Source of the DNA: a virus
Lineage: Duplodnaviria > Caudoviricetes
DNA: 29,655 nt
Reading direction: 5' to 3' (one strand)
Virus record (IMG/VR): IMGVR_UViG_3300007541_000126
Location: 1 to 29,655 of that record
Below are positions 1 through 9,250 of this stretch, in pieces. The notes under the pieces were generated by a model. The model searched no databases. It was not told the DNA's origin and saw nothing but the letters and a program-made list of their open reading frames with translations. Positions within the stretch are counted from its first letter, which is position 1; every line of letters begins with the position of its first letter. The position numbers and the translations under genes were made by a program.

Positions 1-12
1 ACAGGATTGCAG

Positions 13-75
13 ATGATTGATTTAATATTAATAAGTTTATTTATCTATTGGTTGGGGTTGGTTATGAACAACTAA
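13..75 (+). CDS. possible 20-aa hydrophobic peptide (MIDLILISLFIYWLGLVMNN), or the 3' end of a gene entering from the left
   Basis: Hand-translated; AGGA 6 nt upstream of ATG; frame open to the window edge. Confidence 0.3.
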   Translation: MIDLILISLFIYWLGLVMNN

Positions 76-180
76 GAGTTGTATCAAGGTGCGACAATTT
101 GGCAGAAATATTTATTGTTTTATTATCCCACTTTGATAAGAGTTAATGGTCAAAGTTAAAACTAAATGAAAGGAAGAACA

Positions 181-537
181 ATGACACAAATAACTAAAAC
201 AAAAGTTAAGCGAGTGACTAAAGAAATGATGAAGTCATTACTTAACTATGGAATGTTTAGTGAAACGATTAAAGAATACACTAAACAAAATAAGTTAATG
301 AAACCAGAATACTTAAGTTGGTTTGATGACTTAAAAACAAATCTTATTATCTTAAAGACTGATGTAATGGGTAATGGGTTTGAGGGCTTTGCTCAAAAGA
401 TTAATCGTAAATCAAAACGATTTGATGTGACTTCTTTTAAAGAGAAGTATCCTGACATCTATGAGCAGTTTTTAATTCCAAGTGAAAGCATGGAGTTAAA
501 AGTTGAGTACAAAGTTGCGGGGGGTGTGAATGTCTAA
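181..537 (+). CDS. hypothetical early-region phage protein
   Basis: ORF 166..537; AAGGAAG before ATG 181 favours that start; RFDVTSFKEKYPDIYEQF resembles the C-terminal motif of YqaJ-family phage proteins, but no nuclease domain is visible. Confidence 0.7.
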   Translation: MTQITKTKVKRVTKEMMKSLLNYGMFSETIKEYTKQNKLMKPEYLSWFDDLKTNLIILKTDVMGNGFEGFAQKINRKSKRFDVTSFKEKYPDIYEQFLIPSESMELKVEYKVAGGVNV

Positions 538-778
538 TCTTATTAAATTTGTACAAACTCAATTAGACAATCGAGTGAATAGTGAGATTGAAACTACTGA
601 CAATGTTAGTACAGCTTTGAATTATCAATTCATGTACAAGCAAGTTGAGAGTGCAATCGAGGAACTAATCATCAAATATCCTAACGATCCGATTGTGAAT
701 GAACTTAAACAAAACCTAGTTAGGAACTTACGACCTATCCTTGAACTAATTCAAGGCGGTCAAGACTTCAATCAATAG
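530..778 (+). CDS. hypothetical helical protein
   Basis: 82-aa ORF overlapping the upstream stop; GGGGG SD-like run upstream. Confidence 0.7.
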   Translation: MSNLIKFVQTQLDNRVNSEIETTDNVSTALNYQFMYKQVESAIEELIIKYPNDPIVNELKQNLVRNLRPILELIQGGQDFNQ

Positions 779-785
779 TTGAATC

Positions 786-810
786 GAGGGGCGGGTATCA
801 CCCGCCCTTC
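786..810 (+). terminator. GC-rich hairpin, probable terminator of the early transcript
   Basis: GAGGGGCGGGT-ATC-ACCCGCCCTTC, 11-bp stem with one G-U, just after stop 778; U-tail is weak. Confidence 0.6.
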
Positions 811-1004
811 CCTACCATCTCCACCAGCATCACCAACCAGCAGGATCGATAGAGATCCTAGATATAGTACAAGCATATAACAAAAACCCCAAGATATTGA
901 TCACGCCTACAACCTTTGATTGTAGCTGGCGTTTGGCTATAAAACGTAAGTTTGACACACGTATGGAATATAAAATTATTCTAGGATATATTAAAAGGGG
1001 ACCC

Positions 1005-2480
1005 ATGGAAAAAGAACTTTTAACTACAGAACAACTTCGTGTTGAAGTGGAAAAAAAATGGATTCAACACATTAAACTTTGTCAGGATAATTTTTTATAT
1101 TTTGTAAAAAATGTTTGGCCTGATTTCATTTGCAGACAAGAAAGGGATCCAAAAAAATGGGGCCACCATCAAATTATTGCTAATGAATTTACAAAAATAT
1201 CTACAGAACGAAAAGGGAGGCTCATTATAAATATGCCTCCACGACATACTAAATCTGAATTTGCATCGTATTTATTTCCAGCATGGATGATAGGGAAGTT
1301 TCCCAAATTAAAAATTATGCAAGTTTCTCACAATGCGGAACTATCTGCTAGATTTGGTTCTAAGGTTCGTAACTTAATGGATTCTCCAGAGTATAAACAA
1401 ATTTTTGGTGATGTGAAATTAAGAGAGGATTCCAAAGCAAAAGGTCGTTGGGAGACGAATCATGGTGGTGAATATTATGCTGCGGGTGTTGGTGGTTCCA
1501 TCACAGGTCGTGGTGCGGATTTATTAATTATTGATGATCCACACACGGAACAAGATGCTTTATCGGATTCCGCTATGGAACGAGCATATGAGTGGTACAC
1601 TGCTGGACCAAGACAACGTCTTCAACCAGGTGGTTCCATCTTGGTAGTTATGACTAGATGGGCTGAAGATGATTTAACAGGTAGATTAATTAAAGCTCAA
1701 AAAGAACCTAAAGCAGATAAATGGAAACAAATTTCTTTTCCAGCTATTTTATCTAATGGTACTCCTGTGTGGCCTGAGTATTGGGAACTAGAAGAATTAG
1801 AAAAAGTAAAAGCATCCTTACCTGTACGAAATTGGTCAGCACAATATATGCAAGAGCCAACTTCAGAAGAAGGAGCTATTTTAAAACGAGAATGGTGGAA
1901 GCCTTGGAAAAAAGGTTTACCATCGTTAACTGCTGTTATTCAATCTTATGATACTGCATTTAGTGCAAAAGAAACTGCCGACTATTCTGCTATTACTACA
2001 TGGGGAGTTTTTTATCCTGTAGAACATGGTGGACCAGCTTTAATGTTATTAGATGCTATGAAAGGTAAATATGATTTCCCAGAATTAAAAGCAGTTGCTT
2101 TTGAACAATATAAATATTGGGAACCTGAAACAGTTATTATTGAAGCTAAAGCTTCTGGTGAGCCACTAGCCCAAGAATTTAGACGTATGGGTATTCCTGT
2201 AATACCCTTTATGCCTAGTCGAGGTAGAGATAAGCATACAAGGGTTAATGCTTGTGCACCTGTATTTGAGGGCGGATCTATTTGGTATCCAGAGGGGGAA
2301 ATGTTTGCAGATGAGGTTATTGAGGAATGTGCAGCTTTTCCTAATGGAGCTAATGATGACTATGTTGATAGTACAACACAAGCCGTGTTAAGATACAGGC
2401 AAGGTAATTATGTAGAATCTCCTACTGACTATAAGGAAGATCGATATGATTATCCTGGAAAAGAATATAAATATTATTAA
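1005..2480 (+). CDS. terL: terminase large subunit (Terminase_6-type ATPase plus RNase H-like nuclease)
   Basis: Walker A-like INMPPRHTKS, Walker B LLIIDDP, coupling motif VMTRW, nuclease residues SYDTA, IEAKASG, DDYVDS; ATG 1005 follows AAAAGGGG. Confidence 0.96.
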   Translation: MEKELLTTEQLRVEVEKKWIQHIKLCQDNFLYFVKNVWPDFICRQERDPKKWGHHQIIANEFTKISTERKGRLIINMPPRHTKSEFASYLFPAWMIGKFPKLKIMQVSHNAELSARFGSKVRNLMDSPEYKQIFGDVKLREDSKAKGRWETNHGGEYYAAGVGGSITGRGADLLIIDDPHTEQDALSDSAMERAYEWYTAGPRQRLQPGGSILVVMTRWAEDDLTGRLIKAQKEPKADKWKQISFPAILSNGTPVWPEYWELEELEKVKASLPVRNWSAQYMQEPTSEEGAILKREWWKPWKKGLPSLTAVIQSYDTAFSAKETADYSAITTWGVFYPVEHGGPALMLLDAMKGKYDFPELKAVAFEQYKYWEPETVIIEAKASGEPLAQEFRRMGIPVIPFMPSRGRDKHTRVNACAPVFEGGSIWYPEGEMFADEVIEECAAFPNGANDDYVDSTTQAVLRYRQGNYVESPTDYKEDRYDYPGKEYKYY

Positions 2481-2490
2481 GGAGATTACT

Positions 2491-2889
2491 ATGGCAGACA
2501 AAGACGAAATGTATAAACAATTTGGTAAATTACCTTTAGCTAAAGATTCTAATACTGATACTTCTACATTTTTAAAAAGAAGATTAACTTTATCAGGAGT
2601 TAAAAGTAAAGATTCAAAATTAAGTTCTGAAACTTCTGAATTTCTAAAAAGAAGATTAACGCTATCAGGACCAAAATCAGCTTCGGTATTAACTAAAGTT
2701 ATTAAAAAAAGTCCTATTGGTAAAGCGGTTGATACTGTTATTAAAGTCGGCGCGGGTGTTGGTGCTGGATACGAATATGCAAAATCTAAATTCAAAAAAG
2801 ATGAAGTAGAAAAAGATGAAGTAGAAAAAAAATCATCAGGTGGAATGATTATCGGTAAAGGTAAGGATTACATCAAAGATTTATTATAA
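2491..2889 (+). CDS. small basic protein with internal repeats, putative internal virion protein
   Basis: AAGGAG SD before ATG 2491; duplicated TSxFLKRRLTLSG; C-terminal KKSSGGM...YIKDLL. Confidence 0.75.
   Translation: MADKDEMYKQFGKLPLAKDSNTDTSTFLKRRLTLSGVKSKDSKLSSETSEFLKRRLTLSGPKSASVLTKVIKKSPIGKAVDTVIKVGAGVGAGYEYAKSKFKKDEVEKDEVEKKSSGGMIIGKGKDYIKDLL
2560..2670 (+). repeat. direct repeat of about 39 nt, two copies 72 nt apart
   Basis: acttctacatttttaaaaagaagattaactttatcagga (2560) vs acttctgaatttctaaaaagaagattaacgctatcagga (2632). Confidence 0.9.
2795..2829 (+). repeat. 15-nt perfect tandem repeat encoding KDEVE twice
   Basis: aaaaagatgaagtag x2 plus aaaaa. Confidence 0.9.
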
Positions 2890-3152
2890 TGAAAAAATTA
2901 AAAGTTGAAAAAGCTTTCATTGGAAAATTTATTTCTCAATTTCCAGACATATTTAGTAAAGTTACGAATACTGGTGTAATAGGTGGTAACAGTGCTACTT
3001 GGAGTAAAGACAAGATGGCTAACTTAAGTAAATATGCACCAAATTCTTACGGTACTGGAGAAAAAAGTACAGGACAAAAAATGACAACCTTAAGTAAAGG
3101 TGGTATGCTAAAACAAGGAAAACCAAAAATAGCTATGAAAGGTTGGAAATAA
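2889..3152 (+). CDS. small basic protein with KGG tag
   Basis: TAATG coupling at both ends; KAFIGKFI and LSKGGM motifs. Confidence 0.75.
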   Translation: MKKLKVEKAFIGKFISQFPDIFSKVTNTGVIGGNSATWSKDKMANLSKYAPNSYGTGEKSTGQKMTTLSKGGMLKQGKPKIAMKGWK

Positions 3153-3358
3153 TGGCGAAAAAGAAAACTAAAAAATCACAAATGGAAGCTGATATTGAAA
3201 TTTATCAAAACGATAGAACAAAACCTCTTCCTAAAGAAGCGTACGAACAAGAAGATCAAGAACTTAGATACGAGAATCCTGAACCTTCTATTGAACAATT
3301 TTCATGCGGTGGCATGGGTAAAGCTTACAAAGGCGGCAAGTTTATTGGCTGTAAGTAA
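3152..3358 (+). CDS. small protein with GG-tag C-terminus
   Basis: TAATG overlap gives ATG 3152; ends FSCGGMGKAYKGGKFIGCK. Confidence 0.7.
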   Translation: MAKKKTKKSQMEADIEIYQNDRTKPLPKEAYEQEDQELRYENPEPSIEQFSCGGMGKAYKGGKFIGCK

Positions 3359-3361
3359 TTT

Positions 3362-5614
3362 ATGGCTGAGGACTTTTCTAAAATAATAGAATCCGTTGAT
3401 GGAGTAAGTCCTTCCCAACAAGACGTTAAACAAGTCGAAGAATATAAACCATCTTCTCTCCCTGGGTATGTTGCAGGAGCAGGAGTACTAGGTGGCCTTG
3501 GAGCGTTAGTCGCGGGTCGTGTTCCTGGACTCAAAACTCTTAGTCGTATTGCCTCTAAAACAAAACCCATACCTCAAGCACCACGGATCACGGAACCTGT
3601 TGTCTTAGATAAGGTGGATGAAATCATTACTGTTGTTCCTACCAGAATAGATCGAGCTACAGATACTATCAAAAGTGCAAAACCCATGTATTTAAAAATC
3701 ATGGATGACTTTGAGAAAGTAAAACAAACAAGTATCCAACAACCTCTAACGATGGGTGGAACTAAAGGACGATTTGGATCTGCTTTATATGATTTTATTG
3801 CACAACACCCTTCAAAAAAATCTTTGAGTCCTGATGCATGGATTAATGAATTTAAAAACTTTAATCGTTTATCCGACTTTAAAGTAAATGTTCCTGGAAC
3901 AAAGGTAAAAGGAAGTATTAGCAAAGAAGAATTATTTGATACCAATATAGCACGATTTAATAATCAAAATGAATTAGTAGGTGGTTTTTTAAAAGTAGCA
4001 CAAGAATCCAATTTACCTGTATCTAAATTAGATTTATTAAAGTTAGTAGAAAAATCTCCTGCAGCTAATTTAAAAGTAAGACGATTTAGTCTTCCTAGTC
4101 AAATGGCAGATGAAGCAGAGTATTTATCCGATATGGTATATCAAGGTAGAGAAGCAGCTAAACTTAAAATAGATGCACTACCTTCTACTTCACCTAATCT
4201 TAAATCGGACTTGCGAATTACCTTAAATTCTTTAACACAAGACTTTATGGAGAATTTATCTAAAACTAGTGTGAGATATAGAGAGGGTCATACTATTGCA
4301 GATTATAATTCTCCTTTGTATAAAAATAGAAACGACTTTGACAAGTTAAAAGAATTTGCAAGAAATTATAAAAACACCAATAAAGAAGATTTATTTGAAC
4401 CTGGTTTTTTAGAGACACTGGAACAAAGAAGTATTGCATTGGATCGTACTCATCAAGCAGAAAAAGGAAAAGGCTTATATCCAAGATATGGTGGTCAGAC
4501 AGAATATAAAATTGCAGGAGCAGAAAAATATTTTGAAGATGTTGCTTATTATCCTAACCCTATTCCTTATCGTAGAGATATTGATCCAGGTCATTTTGGT
4601 TCAATCAACGGAGAACCATTTAAAAATCAATTATACCACGTACGTTATGGTCAGCGTTCGTTAGAAGGCAATCCTAATAAAAAAGTATATTCCATTGATG
4701 AGATGCAATCAGATGTACAACAGAAAGCTTTTGCTAATGATCCAACTCGAGCTAAAGTAACTAATCCATTTAACACCGAAGCAGAATTTCAACAAGCAAA
4801 TGTTGCTTTAGATAATTTAAAAAATCAAATGAAAGTAATTGCAGATAAGGGAGATAAGATTACCCAACAAGATACGGTTAACTATTATAAATTATCTCAA
4901 AAGTTTGATGAGTTACGAGCAAACACTATTAATGCTTCTAACATTGGAAAAAAAACAAGTCAGTATACGGATGGCTCAACACCTTACATGCCTATGTTTG
5001 GTAGAGATGTATGGGGAGATCATGCATTAAAAAATGTTATGAAGTCTGCAGCAGAAAACAATGTAGAGTGGGTGGTGGTTAATCCAGTAGAACGATTACA
5101 CGTTAAACGAAATGTGGGATCCGATACTTTTGGTAAATTAGGTAACTGGGAATTTTATGGTGGTGTAGATGGTATGGCTGGAAGAAAAGGATTGAAAGCA
5201 ACTTCAGATGAAAGAGGAAAAATATTAACGAATCCAAAACAAACAGCTGTTATTCCAGAACGAATGAAACAATTAGCTAAACAATACAATACAGAAGCAA
5301 AAACAATTCGAGTATCTTTATCAGATCCTAATAAACCATTTAAAGTGATAAGAGATACAGATTATGATAACGCAACGATTAAAAAATTAGGACTTAACCC
5401 TAAAACTGTAAATGAACATATTGGTGCATTTAAGACTGCTCGTGAAGCGGAGGTCTTTGCAAGTAGTCACGGTGGTAGAATGACAATTATGGATAAAAAT
5501 GATCCTGATTTATATTATGAGGCATTTGGTATTAAAATAACCCCTGAGATGAAAGGAACACCTTTTAAACTGTACAAAAAAGAGGGTGGGCTAGTCGTAA
5601 ATTTATTTGCATGA
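3362..5614 (+). CDS. 750-aa putative internal virion/ejection protein with a polyvalent-protein-type HxR...EMQSD domain
   Basis: N-terminal Gly-rich hydrophobic helix GYVAGAGVLGGLGALVAG; YHVRY...IDEMQSDVQQ...W...ALK..MKSAA pattern recalled from large phage polyvalent proteins; ends KKEGGLVVNLFA. Confidence 0.6.
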   Translation: MAEDFSKIIESVDGVSPSQQDVKQVEEYKPSSLPGYVAGAGVLGGLGALVAGRVPGLKTLSRIASKTKPIPQAPRITEPVVLDKVDEIITVVPTRIDRATDTIKSAKPMYLKIMDDFEKVKQTSIQQPLTMGGTKGRFGSALYDFIAQHPSKKSLSPDAWINEFKNFNRLSDFKVNVPGTKVKGSISKEELFDTNIARFNNQNELVGGFLKVAQESNLPVSKLDLLKLVEKSPAANLKVRRFSLPSQMADEAEYLSDMVYQGREAAKLKIDALPSTSPNLKSDLRITLNSLTQDFMENLSKTSVRYREGHTIADYNSPLYKNRNDFDKLKEFARNYKNTNKEDLFEPGFLETLEQRSIALDRTHQAEKGKGLYPRYGGQTEYKIAGAEKYFEDVAYYPNPIPYRRDIDPGHFGSINGEPFKNQLYHVRYGQRSLEGNPNKKVYSIDEMQSDVQQKAFANDPTRAKVTNPFNTEAEFQQANVALDNLKNQMKVIADKGDKITQQDTVNYYKLSQKFDELRANTINASNIGKKTSQYTDGSTPYMPMFGRDVWGDHALKNVMKSAAENNVEWVVVNPVERLHVKRNVGSDTFGKLGNWEFYGGVDGMAGRKGLKATSDERGKILTNPKQTAVIPERMKQLAKQYNTEAKTIRVSLSDPNKPFKVIRDTDYDNATIKKLGLNPKTVNEHIGAFKTAREAEVFASSHGGRMTIMDKNDPDLYYEAFGIKITPEMKGTPFKLYKKEGGLVVNLFA

Positions 5615-5652
5615 TATTATAAACCTGTTATAACAATAAGGAGATAATTATC

Positions 5653-6024
5653 ATGGCAAGTAAAAACTTAAAAAGAGCATTAGGTATGGGCTTGGCTGCT
5701 GTTGCAGCATCAAAATTACTGGGTGCTAAAGCTGACGCAGCTAAAAAACTATTATCCTCACAACAAACTGATACAGGGGATTTTGGTGATCAAATGGTTA
5801 ACGATACTGTACTAGCGCAAGGAACTAGAAAAGCAATGTTACCAATGTTACCAAAGAAAAAACCAATGGGAATTGGTCCAGCATCTATGTTAATGGGAAT
5901 TGGCGAAGATGAATATGGTTTACCTGCAGGTGCTAAAAAAGGTAAAATGATTAAAGCATCTAAAGGAACAGCGGTCGTTGCTAAATGTAAATTAGGAAGA
6001 ACTAAAGCTACTAAAATTTATTAA
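5653..6024 (+). CDS. small basic Ala/Gly-rich putative internal virion protein
   Basis: AAGGAG SD; helix ALGMGLAAVAASKLLG; GAKKGKMIKASKG tag. Confidence 0.75.
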   Translation: MASKNLKRALGMGLAAVAASKLLGAKADAAKKLLSSQQTDTGDFGDQMVNDTVLAQGTRKAMLPMLPKKKPMGIGPASMLMGIGEDEYGLPAGAKKGKMIKASKGTAVVAKCKLGRTKATKIY

Positions 6025-6027
6025 TTC

Positions 6028-8418
6028 ATGGCTGAAGTTGAAAAACAGAATGAGCTTCCAGAAGAGGAAGTAACTGCAGAAGAAGTTGATGTAGAAATTG
6101 AATCACCGACTGACGATATGGAAGTCGATGTAGAAGAGGAACAAGTTTCTCAAGAAGATTTTTATAAAAACTTAGCTGAAGATATGGACGAGCGAACACT
6201 TGGTCGTATCTCTTCTCAGTTAATGTCTGATTACAAAAAAGACAAAGTCTCAAGATCAGATTGGGAACAAACGTACACTCAAGGTTTAGATTTATTAGGA
6301 TTTAAATATGCGGATATGACTAGACCGTTTCAAGGTGCAAGCGGTGTAACTCATCCTCTTTTGGCAGAAGCAGTAACACAATTTCAAGCACAAGCTTACA
6401 AAGAATTATTACCAAGTGATGGACCTGTACGAACACAAGTCGTAGGTTCACAAACTCCAGAGACAGAACAACAAGCAGAACGAGTTCAAGATTTTATGAA
6501 CTACATGTTGATGGAAAAGATGGAAGAATATACTCCAGAATTTGATCAACTATTATTTTATTTACCATTAGCAGGATCTGCATTTAAAAAAGTTTATTAC
6601 GATGAAATTATGCAAAGAGCAGTTGCTAAATTTGTAGAAGCACAAGATTTAGTAGTTCCTTACTATGCAACTGATTTAAAAGATTGTGAACGAATTACCC
6701 ATATTGTTAAAATGGGAGAGAACGATGTATTAAAAAAACAACGAGCAGGTTTTTATAGAGATGTAGAATTAATTCCTAAACAACCTGAAGATAATAAAAT
6801 TCAAGACAAACTAAATCAATTAGAAGGTGTTAAGCCTTCTGGAGAAAGAGAGTATCAATATAACATTTTAGAAATGCATATTGATTTAAATTTAGATGAG
6901 TTTGAAAATGAAAACCCTGAAAAAGAAGTTAAAGTTCCTTACATTGTAACTATTGATGAAGGTTCAGGAGAAGTTTTATCTATTTATCGTAATTATAGTC
7001 CTGATGATGAATTAATGAAACGTAAAGAATATTTTGTTCATTACAAATTTTTACCAGGATTAGGCTTTTATGGCTTTGGATTAATCCATATGATAGGTGG
7101 ATTGAGTAGATCTGCTACTACAGCATTAAGACAATTACTAGATGCAGGTACTTTAGCGAACTTACCAGCAGGATTTAAGTCACGAGGAATAAGAATTCGT
7201 GATGATGACCAACCATTTCAACCAGGAGAGTTCAGAGATGTGGATGCACCAGGTGGAAATATTAGAGATCAGTTCCAAATTTTACCTTTTAAAGAGCCAA
7301 GTCAAACATTATTTCAACTTTTAGGCTTTGTTGTACAGGCAGGACAACGATTTGCAGCTATTGCAGACATGCAATTAGGTGAAGATGCTCAAAATAGAGC
7401 TGTTGGAACGACAATTGCACTCTTGGAACGTGGTTCAAGGGTCATGAGTGCTATTCACAAGCGTTGTTACTATGCAATGAGACAAGAATTTAGACTTTTG
7501 GCATCTGTTTTTTCAGATTATTTGCCTCCTGTGTATCCTTATGCAGTTTATAATGCAGATGCAGCAGTAAAACAGACAGATTTTGATGATAGAGTCGATG
7601 TAATTCCTGTTGCAGATCCAAATATCATGTCGATGGCACAAAGAGTGACACTTGCAAACGAAAATTTAAAAATTGTAATGTCTAATCCACAAATGCACAA
7701 CGTAAGAGAAGCTTACAGACGAGTTTATGAAGCGTTAGGAACAAAACAAATTGATAATTTATTAAAACCAGACATTCAACCTGTTCCTGAAGACCCAGCA
7801 ACAGAAAATGCGAAAGCATTACAGATGCAATTACTAAAAGCATTTCCAGAACAAGATCATGATTCACATATTGCAGCCCATATTGCATTTATTCAATCTA
7901 GAATGGTTCAAGTTAATCCTATGGTATATGCATTATTACAAGGACACATTTCTGATCACATTGCTATGAAAGCACATGGAGAAGTAGGAGCTATGATAGA
8001 AGAAAATGATCAAATGAAACAACTTCAACAACAAGATCCACAAGGTTTCCAAGTTCAATTTAATAGTATGGTTGCAAAAATAGTTGCTCAATTAACTGCA
8101 GAACTAGTTCAACAAGAAGCAGGTACACAAAAACCTGATCCTTTAGTTCAATTAAAACAAAGAGAACTAGATTTACGAGCTATGGATATGCAACGTAAAG
8201 CAATGGAATCTCAACAAGATATGGATATGAAACAAAGTGAATTTGATGAAAAGATTGATATCGAAAAAATGAAAGTCGAAAATCAAGAACAACAAGCTGA
8301 ACAAAGAAGTCAACTTGCTCAAACTAAACTAGCTATACAGGCTCAACAAAATGAAGATAGGTTAGCCTTACAAGCACAACAAATGAGGAATAGAAATGCC
8401 CCTAACAAAAAAAGGTAA
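6028..8418 (+). CDS. portal protein (P22-like, with C-terminal Gln-rich coiled coil)
   Basis: HPLLAEAVTQFQAQAYKEL, GSAFKKVYYD, GFYGFGL, LLDAGTLANLPAGFK motifs; size and position after terL. Confidence 0.92.
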   Translation: MAEVEKQNELPEEEVTAEEVDVEIESPTDDMEVDVEEEQVSQEDFYKNLAEDMDERTLGRISSQLMSDYKKDKVSRSDWEQTYTQGLDLLGFKYADMTRPFQGASGVTHPLLAEAVTQFQAQAYKELLPSDGPVRTQVVGSQTPETEQQAERVQDFMNYMLMEKMEEYTPEFDQLLFYLPLAGSAFKKVYYDEIMQRAVAKFVEAQDLVVPYYATDLKDCERITHIVKMGENDVLKKQRAGFYRDVELIPKQPEDNKIQDKLNQLEGVKPSGEREYQYNILEMHIDLNLDEFENENPEKEVKVPYIVTIDEGSGEVLSIYRNYSPDDELMKRKEYFVHYKFLPGLGFYGFGLIHMIGGLSRSATTALRQLLDAGTLANLPAGFKSRGIRIRDDDQPFQPGEFRDVDAPGGNIRDQFQILPFKEPSQTLFQLLGFVVQAGQRFAAIADMQLGEDAQNRAVGTTIALLERGSRVMSAIHKRCYYAMRQEFRLLASVFSDYLPPVYPYAVYNADAAVKQTDFDDRVDVIPVADPNIMSMAQRVTLANENLKIVMSNPQMHNVREAYRRVYEALGTKQIDNLLKPDIQPVPEDPATENAKALQMQLLKAFPEQDHDSHIAAHIAFIQSRMVQVNPMVYALLQGHISDHIAMKAHGEVGAMIEENDQMKQLQQQDPQGFQVQFNSMVAKIVAQLTAELVQQEAGTQKPDPLVQLKQRELDLRAMDMQRKAMESQQDMDMKQSEFDEKIDIEKMKVENQEQQAEQRSQLAQTKLAIQAQQNEDRLALQAQQMRNRNAPNKKR

Positions 8419-8533
8419 AAAAATAAAAAAAGCAATGGAAAAAGAATACGGTAAGAAAAAAGGTGAAAAAGTATTCTATGCATCTGCTAACAAAGGTAAA
8501 ATTAAAGGTGTTGCCAAAGGTAAAAAAGCATAA
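8396..8533 (+). CDS. 45-aa Lys-rich protein MPLTKKGKKIKKAMEKEYGKKKGEKVFYASANKGKIKGVAKGKKA
   Basis: Hand-translated, below the ORF-track cutoff; GAGGA SD; TAATG-coupled to the next ORF; resembles a recurrent small phage protein (recall). Confidence 0.85.
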   Translation: MPLTKKGKKIKKAMEKEYGKKKGEKVFYASANKGKIKGVAKGKKA

Positions 8534-8685
8534 TGAATTATTCTAAAGGTAAAAAATTTGGACCTCCTCCTGCTAAAGGACCTTGTTCTCAAGGTTGTCC
8601 TTACAGAGAAAGTACGTCTAAAAATATTTACCCTGGAAACAACTCAATTCAATTAAAAGGTCATAAGTTCACAGGAGTAAAATAA
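8533..8685 (+). CDS. 50-aa protein MNYSKGKKFGPPPAKGPCSQGCPY...QLKGHKFTGVK
   Basis: Hand-translated; exact TAATG overlaps at both ends. Confidence 0.8.
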   Translation: MNYSKGKKFGPPPAKGPCSQGCPYRESTSKNIYPGNNSIQLKGHKFTGVK

Positions 8686-9074
8686 TGTTTCCATGGAGTT
8701 TATTAGGTTCTGGAATCAAAGCCGCAGCAGAAATTTATTCTAATAAGAAAAAATCTGAAATTGCTATGTCAGAAGCAGCATTGCTACATGCTGAAAAGAT
8801 GAAGCGTGGTGAAATTGAATATCAAGGTAAAATATTTGAATCACAAAAATCAGATTGGAAGGACGAATTCATACTCATTGTTCTATCCTCACCATTGTTT
8901 TTATTAGCATATTCTGTATTTGCAGAAGATGAAAAAATTTCTCAAAAGTTAGATCTGTATTTTGAGAAACTACAAAATATGCCGTGGTGGGTGACTGGAC
9001 TTTGGATTTCAGTGGTGGCTGCTGTGTACGGAATTAAGGCAACAGATATTATTAACACTAAAAAAGGAAAGTAA
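8685..9074 (+). CDS. holin-like membrane protein (3TM/GTA-holin type)
   Basis: SDWKDEF followed by two hydrophobic segments, VVAAVYGIK and a basic tail. Confidence 0.65.
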   Translation: MFPWSLLGSGIKAAAEIYSNKKKSEIAMSEAALLHAEKMKRGEIEYQGKIFESQKSDWKDEFILIVLSSPLFLLAYSVFAEDEKISQKLDLYFEKLQNMPWWVTGLWISVVAAVYGIKATDIINTKKGK

Positions 9075-9075
9075 T

Positions 9076-9213
9076 ATGGAAACATTAAAAAAAATTGGAA
9101 GCATTGTAAGCATGGTTGTTTGTAAATTATTACAAGCTGTCCAATGGATAATTTGTAAGTTATTTAAAATTATCCCTTGTAAATGTGATCACGATTGCAA
9201 TTGTAAAAAGTAA
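9076..9213 (+). CDS. 45-aa amphipathic Cys-rich peptide METLKKIGSIVSMVVCKLLQAVQWIICKLFKIIPCKCDHDCNCKK
   Basis: Hand-translated; AAGGA SD; fills the gap after the holin-like gene. Confidence 0.7.
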   Translation: METLKKIGSIVSMVVCKLLQAVQWIICKLFKIIPCKCDHDCNCKK

Positions 9214-9250
9214 TTGCTATTTGTAAAAAAAGATTGTATAGAATGGCTAC

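Noticed and set aside
89-145. Operator-like motifs gtgcgacaatttggca and ttatccca upstream of the 181 gene
   Set aside because: Single imperfect copies in this window; cannot be supported without the rest of the early region
952-982. Promoter at TTGACA 952
   Set aside because: The candidate -10 boxes are at 13-nt (TAAAAT) or 19-nt (TATTCT) spacing; not convincing
897-1004. N-terminal extension of terL from ATG 897 or 963
   Set aside because: No SD, and the region is hairpin-rich; ATG 1005 has a purine-rich SD and a typical start
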